DNA of 64,000 nt, taken from the NCBI GenBank assembly GCA_004764695.1, contig SMSO01000037.1:4688747-4752746 (forward strand). The letters are read 5' to 3'. The notes below the pieces were generated by a model that saw only the letters and a list, made by a program, of their open reading frames with translations, did not search any database and had not been told where the DNA came from. Below, one piece after another: positions 12,613-21,603 of this stretch (position 1 is the stretch's first letter; the number at the start of each line of letters is the position of its first letter). Both the position numbers and the translations under genes were made by a program. This DNA comes from Schizochytrium sp. TIO01 (lineage: Eukaryota; Protista; Bigyra: Labyrinthulomycetes).

Positions 12613-13430
12613 ATTATAAATTATAACTTGGCTGCTAGAATTTGGAAGCCCCTCGTAGGGTGGCGCCCTCGACTTACGAAAGGGTGGCTCGGAGTTCAGC
12701 TCGTTTTCATAGGGTGGCGCCTTCTGAGGCGCAAAAACTTTTTGATGCAGCAGAAAGTACTATGGTTTGCTATGGAAACGCTAAGGGGGAAAAATGGTCT
12801 GCTGCCAAGTTTGCGCTGAATTGTCAAAGGTGACTGAATCAGTGAGCGTGAGAAGAACTGTTTATGATTTTCTTTTTAAAGTACTTGCTTTTTTCTTTTT
12901 AAAATTAACTAAGAAGAGCATCCTCGCTTGTTGTGTGCATGACAGCTAGCTGGCCTCGAAAAGAAGACCACAAGAAGAAGAAGGGGTGCAGATCACGCGC
13001 TCGGACACCGCTTTGGTGCAGCTGCCGGAGGGCGTCCTGAAAATCCTACAGCAGCCTACGGCTTTGCGGCTTCTTTAGTGCATCAACCGCTAAAGTACCA
13101 CGGGAATTTGTGAGCGAGTTCGGAACTCGTGAGTTGAGTGCGTTATCATGTTTTTTTTTTTTTTTTTTCTAAACCTAAATGTGCTTCCTTTTCCTCTAAA
13201 CAACTAAAAACAGATCATACAATCATCAAATAGAGTTTCCTTCGCTTTTGGAGGAAAGAGCTTTGGTTTTGGTAGCTTAGCGTAGGGTGATCGCCTTTTC
13301 GAAGTGAAGGCGCGACGAACTCAGGTTATGGAAAGTCTGTTGAGGGCGTGGGAAGCGCAGAGGAACGCGAGCGAGACAGCGTACTTACTACGGCGCAGTA
13401 GTCGGCTGTCCGCTCGAAGCCGCAGCCTCA

Positions 13431-13462
13431 ATCTGCTGATCTGCTGATCTGCTGATCTGCTG
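13431..13462. repeat. (ATCTGCTG)4 tandem repeat
   Basis: Four perfect 8-bp units. Confidence 0.9.
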
Positions 13463-14172
13463 TACCAGCTGTGCCGCCGCTTTCAAGCCCCAAAGCTGTC
13501 TTCTCGTGTAGTGAACGAATGGGCGCCATCTTCAAAGAATGAAAAAGTGGACTCTGTGGTTGTGAGCTGGAGCTTATCAGCTCATTAGCGTAGCTTCGCA
13601 TAGCTTGGGATTAGGGGGATTTTGGTTTGATTGATTTATGGCAGTTGCGTGCATGAAAATCAATCGATCAATCAATCAATCATTCAATCAAAGAACAGCC
13701 TGCTCACTGCGACTTCGCGAGCACGGGTAGACGAGAGAGAGAGTTCCGAGTTGGTTTTTGGACATTGGCATTCGTCACCAAATTATTAGTTTTCTGATTT
13801 ACTGCTGAGATAGTTATCTAGCCTAGGTAATAACTATATGTACCTATGAGGATTGTTACTTTTGTAAAAAGCGTTGAGGTGTAGACCGCGATCGCTGAGC
13901 CTGTAGCATAGGTTTGCTTATGCTAAATACTAGGAATGAAGGTCGCTAGCTAGGACTCTTTGACTTGAAGTGGGCATGATTTGGAGGACTTTTGAGGAGG
14001 CAGCAAACCAGAAACTAATCAACAGCAAATCCCAAACGACCATCAAGTGTGCCCAGTCACTGCACAGACGACGAGCAGGCTTTCCGTGAGCACAACGGCT
14101 GACACGTATCAGGACAAGAGAGCAGCAGCAGCAGCAGCAACCAGCAACACATACAGACACCTGTATCCAAAG

Positions 14173-14478
14173 ATGATGATGGGCAAGTCGATCCGCCTTG
14201 GAGGCAAGAAGAAGTCTGCCAACAAGGACGAATGCAAGAAGGACGAGATCCGCACTGCCTCGAGCTTCAACTTTGAGCGGCCGGCATCCCGCCGTGCCTC
14301 CACCACAACTCTCCCTCGTGTTGAGATGGCTTCTGCGAACGTTCAGTATCTCCCCATGGCCGCCAAGTCCCAAGTCTCCCCGGTTGGTGTCAAGGCCCCT
14401 GTTCGCCGCAGCAGCCAATCCATCTGGATGACTGCGTTTGCTCCTGGCAACTGCTTTGCCGGAGGCCCCGCGATCTAA
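14173..14478 (+). CDS. Small basic protein, GPA[IL]-tail family copy 2 (subfamily A), 101 aa
   Basis: First in-frame ATG at 14173 (aagATG); MMMGKSIRLGGKKK matches the copy 1 N-terminus; ends PVRRSSQSIWMTAFAPGNCFAGGPAI*. Confidence 0.82.
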   Translation: MMMGKSIRLGGKKKSANKDECKKDEIRTASSFNFERPASRRASTTTLPRVEMASANVQYLPMAAKSQVSPVGVKAPVRRSSQSIWMTAFAPGNCFAGGPAI

Positions 14479-15273
14479 TCTTCTCCTGTCTTTAAAGAAG
14501 AAGAAGAAGATGGTCAACCTTCTTTACACTGTATCGGCAGAAAACTTCAATCCCAAAGCTGGCTAGCGAGGTAGCTTGCTGAGCAATGGCAAGAGCAACG
14601 TTTTCAAATTGGCAATCGCACCCGGGTCGTCGTTGCCTATTCGCTCTGCTCTCAGCTGGTAAAGCTTACCCGCATAGGGCTTGAACTTTTACTTGCCACA
14701 CTGTCACTCCTTTCATTTATTCTTATTGTCTTTGCGCACGAGCGTGGCACCCGTCTAAGTCGCTTTGCGCAACGCCTCGCTCTCCTGCGCCCTTTGTTTA
14801 TAAAAAGAACCAACCATTCGTAGATTTTCGTAGATTACTCCAGTAGATATTATTTCTCTTCTCACCATAATTGTTTCCTCCTCCCCTGTTTTGTTCTCTG
14901 GAAAACACTCACGTTGTGTTTCTAGTTGGCTCGAAAGCGCAGCCGAAGAGCCCAGCTTTTGATTGATTGAGACCCTCTTCCACGCACACCCATCCTGCCA
15001 CCCTGACACCCTGACATGAGATTAATCTGAAGACCCACCCACCACAATCAGTCGCACTTGCTTCCTAACCGAGCGAACGGAGCCAAGGAAACCCACGCTC
15101 TAATGCCGTCTCTGCTGTGCTCAGTACTCATGCCGCAACACGTCCATGGGCGCCTTCAAGTCCACGTTGAAGCCGTCAAGCCCATCAACTTGAACAAAAG
15201 CCCATGCAATTCGTTGACGAAGGCGGCGCTCCTGTAAAACGGCTGCTTCTCAGGCCAACCATCAGCGGCGGTA

Positions 15274-15301
15274 GCAAGCAAGCAAGCAAGCAAGCAAGCA
15301 A
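15274..15301. repeat. (GCAA)7 microsatellite
   Basis: Direct reading. Confidence 0.9.
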
Positions 15302-15895
15302 TATCATAGATGTCCAAACACGAATGAATGACTCGCGGCCTCTTACGATACACGTCGATGGCAGCATTATTCCCCCGCTCACCGCTGTAGAGCTTCTGGT
15401 ACATGGCCAGCAGCGTCTGCGTAGGGTGGCGGCGAAGCACTTACAAAAGGACCCCAAACTCGTCGAAAACTCGGCTTCCTTCCGCTCGATGCTTCCCCGT
15501 AGCCTCTCAAAGAAAATCGAAAGCGAATTCAGCCGCGCCCCGCGACTCCAGCTCTCTCGCGCTCGAGAGCTTGCTTTAGAGCTCGAGAGCTTGAGCGCTT
15601 GAGCGCTTGAGGGATTGGGAGCTTGAGATATTGCCGTAGAGATTGAGCTTATAGACTGATAGAGCTCTGGCGCCAGAACGATGCGACTCCAGGGTGGCCT
15701 GGGAGCGACCTTTTGATTGGTGAGTTTACACACGTGATTTCTTTTTAGACTAATGTGGAGGCCGTGCTGGCGAAGACGAGAGCCACCCTATCGAGAGGCT
15801 CGGATCGGTACTGCCCTCCTAGCCTTATCGTTAGCAGTATTCAGGTTCACTTTTGAATTGTGGTAGTTATTTCTCACTTTCGAACTATTCCTTTA

Positions 15896-15968
15896 AATTG
15901 AAAAAATAATTGAAAAAATAATTGAAGAAATAATTTAAAAAATAATTTAAAAAAAAACAATTTTAAAA
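15896..15968. repeat. AT-rich 12-bp minisatellite (AATTGAAAAAAT), about 5 degenerate units
   Basis: aattgaaaaaat aattgaaaaaat aattgaagaaat aatttaaaaaat aattt... Confidence 0.8.
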
Positions 15969-17095
15969 CTTTATGAATAGAAGATAAAAGTATAAAGGAG
16001 CAATAAGGGTGCTTTTGGAAAATGAGATCGGTAGTGGGAAATGTTGGGTTTGAAGTTATGAGCAGATCCTTGTGCAGGCAGGCTGTCGGAGGGTGGTGGG
16101 CACGAATGAATACTCATTGAAGGAGGGCGCACGGCCAGAAAAGTGGACTTAGCCCTCTAGACATAATTAAATTTTAAGCTGCCCTCAAGGGAGCTTTGAG
16201 AGCGCAACACTCGAATTCTCTTCGATCTCCAAACGTTCTCCTTATTCTGAAGTGGTGTAAGAAAGGCTATGATGCCGTAACTAACTCTTAGCCAAGCTAA
16301 AAGAGCGAAAAAGCGCGGCTCTGGAAGAAAAGGTTTGATGTTCCTTCGCGAACTGACTGACTGAGTTCCATAGTTTTGGATAGGTAGGTTCTACCATGGA
16401 TTGGAAATACCTGAAATGAGATTAGTATGATGATTCCTGAAAACAGTTTTTACCAATCAAAACAAACTGAAGGCTGTTTGTTGTAAGCGGGTAGAAAGTT
16501 TTGGCGTCTGAACGCGGCGCGAGTTCCGAGCGGGAGTCGGCTTGACGCTCGAGAGTCGTGACTCGACCAGCGAGAACGACGCTGTGTGCGTTGCAGGACA
16601 TAGAAAGCAGCGCCGAGAAGAGCTCTCGTTTTGCCTTTTACTCTTTCTCTTTCTTTCTGTTGTAGGACGACAAACGATGAAACATGTGATATTTTCTTCT
16701 TCTCCTCTTTCTTTTTCTGAAGGCTGGAAAAAACAAAAAACAAAAACTTCTTTTTAATTTAAAAAAGAAAAAGAGGGTGGTAAGAGTAGGTCGGTCTCTT
16801 AAGGCGCGACGCTAGTAGTGGAGAGTTGAGAATAGTTTTTAAAGTTGAAAAGAGATTGAAACGACTGAGGGGCAGAAAGCCGAGAGACTCGGGCAGCAAA
16901 CCCGAAACGAAAGAGTGCTCTGAGAAATAAGGAAAGGAGCGCGCAACGTATGTGAGTGGGCAGCGAGTAGCACCACAGGTGGATTGGAGAAGAAGATATC
17001 AGCAGCGAGCGGTTGATCGAGCAAGAGACCCGCAGTCGTTGACAACCACAGCAAAAGCCGCAGTGACCAGTTGTTGTTGTAGAAAAGCAAGCACA

Positions 17096-17440
17096 ATGGC
17101 ACTCAAGAAGATGTTCCGTGGCCTGCGTGGCAGCAAGGAAGTCAAGCAGGTTGTACAGAAACGCCACGGACCGTGCCTGCCGACGATCCAGGAGGACGAG
17201 CCAGAGGTCATGACCATGAACAGTATTAACTTGAGCATTGCTCGCCTCTCGTCTACTGCGGCTCGCAGGGCGGCTCGAAGTGCCAAACATGCAGCCAGGA
17301 CGGCACACATCCAGAAGGAACCCGTCTTCTTCTCCATCCCTACCAAGAAGCTCGCGCAGCAAATCCAGCAAGAGCAAAGAAAGAAGGAGTCGTTTTGGGC
17401 ATCTGCCTTTAACGGCGGCTTCGCTGGCCCTGCTATCTGA
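17096..17440 (+). CDS. Small basic protein, GPA[IL]-tail family copy 3 (subfamily B), 114 aa
   Basis: ATG at 17096 (acaATGG); MALKKMFRGL...LPTIQE...LSIARLSSTAA...PVFFSIP...RKKESFWASAFNGGFAGPAI*. Confidence 0.82.
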   Translation: MALKKMFRGLRGSKEVKQVVQKRHGPCLPTIQEDEPEVMTMNSINLSIARLSSTAARRAARSAKHAARTAHIQKEPVFFSIPTKKLAQQIQQEQRKKESFWASAFNGGFAGPAI

Positions 17441-18732
17441 GTCTCCCTCGCAGACTCCTGACTCGTTATAATTTTGTACATATTCATAAACAACCCCTTT
17501 ATTGCAACTCGTTGCGGATGTGCAGGCAATCTTTCGTTTTCACGCCTTTCGCATCCAAGACGAGTTTGCCTCTGCGGAGTGGTCCCTCTCGCCTGTTGCA
17601 TTGCTGCACCAAGGTTGAACGATGGCCTGCTCTTGCTCAAATAGATATATACATATCCCTCAAGATTATGTCTCCAAGTAGTTTTCAAGAGCGCCGGCTT
17701 CTGATCAATGCTCAGGTTTGCTTTGCATGCGATCGATGCCATGTTCTCTTTGATACGCTTTATCTTGTGGCTTCCGTAGAAGGCCTCCGCTCGTTTGTGA
17801 GGCCCTGTAGCGTTTTTTTGTCTTTCAATCTCTTTTTCATACATAATATTTATAATCATGACGTTTACTCTCTCACATCTGTTTCTCCTAGACCCTTTAC
17901 GCCTGTACTGCACATCCCATCTCCAATACACTGTCAAGACACCATGGATAGGGTGGCTGGCTTGCCATGAGATGGTATCCTCTTCCCCGGTTTTCTTCTT
18001 TTCATCGAGTTGCCCCCCACAGTGATACAGGCGACACCTAGGTGTAGCTCACCTGAAGATGGTCCGCAATCACCGTTAGTGCCACTCCGCGTCATCATTT
18101 CCTCCACTGGCTTCTCAGCCACCCTATTCGTTTAGGCCACCACATTTGTTCTTCAAGCGCACAGCTCGTCAATGCGTTCAATTCCCCCAGACGCTGTCTC
18201 TAGAGTAGCTCTGAGTTACTCGGTATATTACATAGTACTTGAGTCAGTACCTACTACCTACTTACTGCCTACCCTAGCGACCATACTAGTAGTAGAAGCT
18301 TTCTTCTCTTGGTAATTTTATCAATTATGATGCAAAATGAAAAAGGTTTCTTTCTTTCCTCTCGCACAGTGCCAGAACAGACCTCCGTAGGGTGGCGCAC
18401 TGCGCAGCTGGAGAGGAGCTCGCGCATGGCTGAACCCTCGATACGGGTGGTGGGCATCCCTCAGACTACTTCGATAAAACCCGCACCATCACGCGCCCAT
18501 CCAGTCTGGCGGCAGGCCTGGTGACTGACGATGGTGCGGATTGCATCCATCACCAAAGCTGGTTCGTTCTCATGACCTCTGGCGTCATAACCCTGAGACA
18601 CTCACTGCAGGAGCCAACGAAAGGAAGCCAACGCCGCCAGCTCGCAGAGAGAGAGAGAGCAGTGGGTAGGCACTAGTGGCGGGTGCAGAGGAGAGACACG
18701 CAGCGGTGGCAGGGGCAAGAGCAGGTACCATT

Positions 18733-19368
18733 ATGACACTCAGAGAGATGCTGCGCAATCTTCACGTGAGGAAGCACGAGGGCTCTGGAGAAAAGAAACC
18801 AGGCGGCCTTGCAGCCAATACAGCAGACGCACAAGCTGACCCTACTGCTGGGAAGGATGAAACTCAGGATAAGAAAACTTCTGATGGAAAGAGAGACCAA
18901 AAGCTAGAAAATAAATTGCAAGCTCTGTCCACCGGGGAACAAAAGCTGCGACAACATACACAAGCCACCCTGGAGGCATCTGCGCAACAGAAGAAACCAG
19001 TAGTAGTACAACAGAAGAAGCATGCTCACAAAAAAGCAGAGCGGCAATCAGGCACGAAAACAGCTAAGAAGGAAACGGCAAATCCTACACAACAAGAACA
19101 CCTCCCCGCAATCAGCGAGAAGAAAGCACAAATTATGAAAGTAAAAAGTGCCCAACTTGCCATCGCGCGACTCGACTCAACAGCAGCAAAGCAGGAGGTG
19201 CGCAAGAAGCGACGGCCAGTTGAGAAACCAGCGGATCCAGTAGTGTTTTCACTTCCAAAGTTCGATCCGAACGATCTGTCGCGGGTCCACGAACCTCCTC
19301 GTCGCAAACGCTCACGATGGGCAGCTGCTTTCTCTGGAGAAGGAGGCGGATTTGGCCCTGCCATCTAA
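18733..19368 (+). CDS. Basic low-complexity protein, GPA[IL]-tail family copy 4 (subfamily B), 211 aa
   Basis: ATG at 18733; MTLREMLRNL...LPAISE...LAIARLDSTAA...PVVFSLP...RRKRSRWAAAFSGEGGGFGPAI*; motifs collinear with copy 3. Confidence 0.82.
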   Translation: MTLREMLRNLHVRKHEGSGEKKPGGLAANTADAQADPTAGKDETQDKKTSDGKRDQKLENKLQALSTGEQKLRQHTQATLEASAQQKKPVVVQQKKHAHKKAERQSGTKTAKKETANPTQQEHLPAISEKKAQIMKVKSAQLAIARLDSTAAKQEVRKKRRPVEKPADPVVFSLPKFDPNDLSRVHEPPRRKRSRWAAAFSGEGGGFGPAI

Positions 19369-19829
19369 GTAAAATCTTTACTTTCCCTCTGAGGGCCTTG
19401 AAATGCTATGCCCTCCTTGCTGGATTGCCCCTTGTACATATATCCTTGTCTCTTTTTTTCGTAGCTCGTTTATAATGTAGTTTTGTTTTATTATTATGGA
19501 TCCTTCACCTCTTCTCTGATGTTCTTGTTCAAGTCTTTGTTACGGCAGCTTAGACAACTAGATGATAAATTATATTATAACTTCGCTCGAATTGTCGCCA
19601 GCACTCATTCGCTTCCCAAGACCACTTGGCGTTTGGTTTTTCGCATTCTACTTGTAGTGGCACGAATCAATCATACTCAGATATAGAAATGAGATGTTTG
19701 CGTATAATCAAGGTCACTCAAACTGCCCCTGATTCAGGCTTACTTTTGCCAGAACAACTGATTTGTAAGAAACCTAATGTGAAAGTAGCAAACCATACAT
19801 CAACAGCGGTGATTCTCAATTTAGTTCTA

Positions 19830-20645
19830 TTATAGTTTAAAGTCCTTGGCGGCACTTGACAGATCATTAGGTATGGACAAACTCGCCTTAGGCGGCGGGG
19901 CTGGGCCTCCATTCAACGTAGACGATAGTGGCCTTCGCATCGGCGATGTAGACTGGGGAGCTGTACTCATCATCGGCGTGGAAGAAGTGGGGATCATCGG
20001 TGGAGATGGCGACGGGGAAGGTGCTGTTGACGACGACCAATCTAGGTCCATACTGTGCAAGGCGTCTGCTGCTGAAGTTGAACTCACAGGAGAAGCCTTA
20101 GCGCCAGCTGCAGGTGGCTTTACAGGTACTGGAGCGGATATGTTGCTGGCTGCTGTGGAGGAGTTGAGTCCAAGGAGATCGCCGCTGTGGTGTTTGCTGC
20201 TCGCTGCCTGTCCAGGACTTACAACCCGAGTTGGAGGAGGCGTCGAGCTTGAAGAGTTCCCACCACCGCTGGGGGCACGACCACGGCGCGCATGCTGCTG
20301 CTGTTGTTGATGATGCTCCACAGGCCTGAATGATGAAGATGAAGGTCTTTGGGAATGGGCTGTCGCTACCCCGTGCAGCGATAACCGTGCAACCTTAGCG
20401 ACGATTTGGTTGTCAAAACGTGGCACAAGAGCAGCGTCGTCGAGGAGGTCGAGCCAGACATAAGTGTTCTTGAAAGCTTTTTTAAAACGGAAATGGTAAC
20501 CACCAGGCAGAGGGAAGGTAGTTTTGACATCGCCAAGACGAACCTTGTTCGCAGGCCGCCCAAGCGTGTAGAAGTTCGGGTGTGCTTCGTCATCTCCGTC
20601 CTCCGGCACAAAGTAATAAACGCTGGTCCGTGTGGAGGCGCTCAT
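19830..20645 (-). CDS. DIX-like domain protein with disordered Ser/Pro-rich C-terminus, 271 aa
   Basis: First ATG at 20645; VYYFVPED...VRLGDVKTTFPLPGGYHFRFKK...YVWLDLLDDAALVPRFDNQIVAKV fits the DIX pattern. Confidence 0.75.
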   Translation of the reverse strand: MSASTRTSVYYFVPEDGDDEAHPNFYTLGRPANKVRLGDVKTTFPLPGGYHFRFKKAFKNTYVWLDLLDDAALVPRFDNQIVAKVARLSLHGVATAHSQRPSSSSFRPVEHHQQQQQHARRGRAPSGGGNSSSSTPPPTRVVSPGQAASSKHHSGDLLGLNSSTAASNISAPVPVKPPAAGAKASPVSSTSAADALHSMDLDWSSSTAPSPSPSPPMIPTSSTPMMSTAPQSTSPMRRPLSSTLNGGPAPPPKASLSIPNDLSSAAKDFKL

Positions 20646-21603
20646 AATCCTAGGCAAAAGAAGAGCTCCAAAGAGCTCTAAGCCCCTTGAGTCCCGTTAC
20701 AGTGGGAATTTCGGCGGAGAGGCAAGGATATCGATCGATGCGAAGCAGATCAGGCGCCTTCCAAAGTTCAAGTGTGGCAAGTCCACAACAGCGTGGCATG
20801 CACCGCAACTGCCTGCTGCCGCGACGAAGCAGCGAAGCGACCGAGCCCAATCGGTACGCCCAAACCTGCTCTATATTTTCTACGCTAGCGGGTTAGATTC
20901 TGTCTCCATGAAAACCCTAGAGACGACGGATATATATATATTCAAATCCTTCTCCACCTTCGTCTTCGCCATCATGCTCTCCAAGAGCATCGACTTTTCA
21001 CTAGGCAATGACTACCCCGTTCAACTAGGAACTACTAGTGTTCCTATTGTTTCAAACATTCCCAAAGTTACCAGAGTTCCGAAAATGCCCTTGTGTTCCA
21101 GGGGTTCAAAACCCCGGCGTTCCAGGAGTTCTTTACCAAAGGGGCAGACTGGGGGCGCAGCGCGCACGGAGGAGGAGGCAATGCATCGGAATGGGGAAAG
21201 AAAACATTGTTTCTTTGTTGTTGCTGTTTCTAAGTGAGGAAAGATCATGAAGAAGAAATGATAATGCGATGTCATCGAAGGCGCACATCAGAACATAAAG
21301 ACTCTCCAGCAGATCCTTTTCAAAGAGCGGACTTGAGGCGAAGACACAACGGAAGCAGGCCGTGGGCACAGAGGCTTGTGCGGGCAGATCCTGTTGCGAA
21401 GGAGGAGGCTCTGAAAAGAAGGCCTTGTCAAGTCAGGGTTCCGGGCTGGAGAAGGCTTTTGGAGTCTGGGAGGCTTTCGCGTGGAAGTGATCTATCTCTA
21501 GCCGAGTGACGAACTAGGTAAGTACTTACGTACTGTCTACATAAGAAAGAAGAAGATCTTAGGTCGCAAAGCGAGCTCGTGGCTTGTTGGGTTTACGTGG
21601 AAA

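Larger units (their letters stand above)
9788..18971. promoter_or_regulatory. Dispersed repeated motif (T)AGGGTGGC on both strands, candidate transcription-factor site
   Basis: AGGGTGGC or its reverse complement GCCACCCT at 9789, 11517, 11865, 12657, 12681, 12711, 14997, 15423, 15691, 15782, 17950, 18118, 18389, 18964. Confidence 0.55.

Noticed and set aside
12656-12722. Three spaced AGGGTGGC repeats as a possible CRISPR-like array
   Set aside because: Repeats are only 8-12 bp with short uneven spacers, there are no cas genes, and the context is eukaryotic
11561-13080. Several 60-120 aa ORFs checked as additional family members
   Set aside because: None has the W-x-x-A-[FL]...GPA[IL] ending; several translate microsatellites
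15185-15733. ORFs 15204..15602 (+) and 15185..15733 (-)
   Set aside because: They run through a (GCAA)7 microsatellite and GAGCTT-type repeats, with no recognisable domain and no GPA[IL] tail
16999-17937. 312-aa minus-strand ORF, plus other antisense ORFs over the cluster genes (13930..14517, 16799..17377, 19026..19364)
   Set aside because: Shadows of the plus-strand family genes; no motifs, and paralog conservation supports the plus frame
10443-19368. GPA[IL] tail as a PTS1 signal, CaaX box or 2A StopGo peptide
   Set aside because: PAI/PAL lacks the basic middle residue of PTS1; there is no Cys at -4; the DxExNPGP consensus is absent
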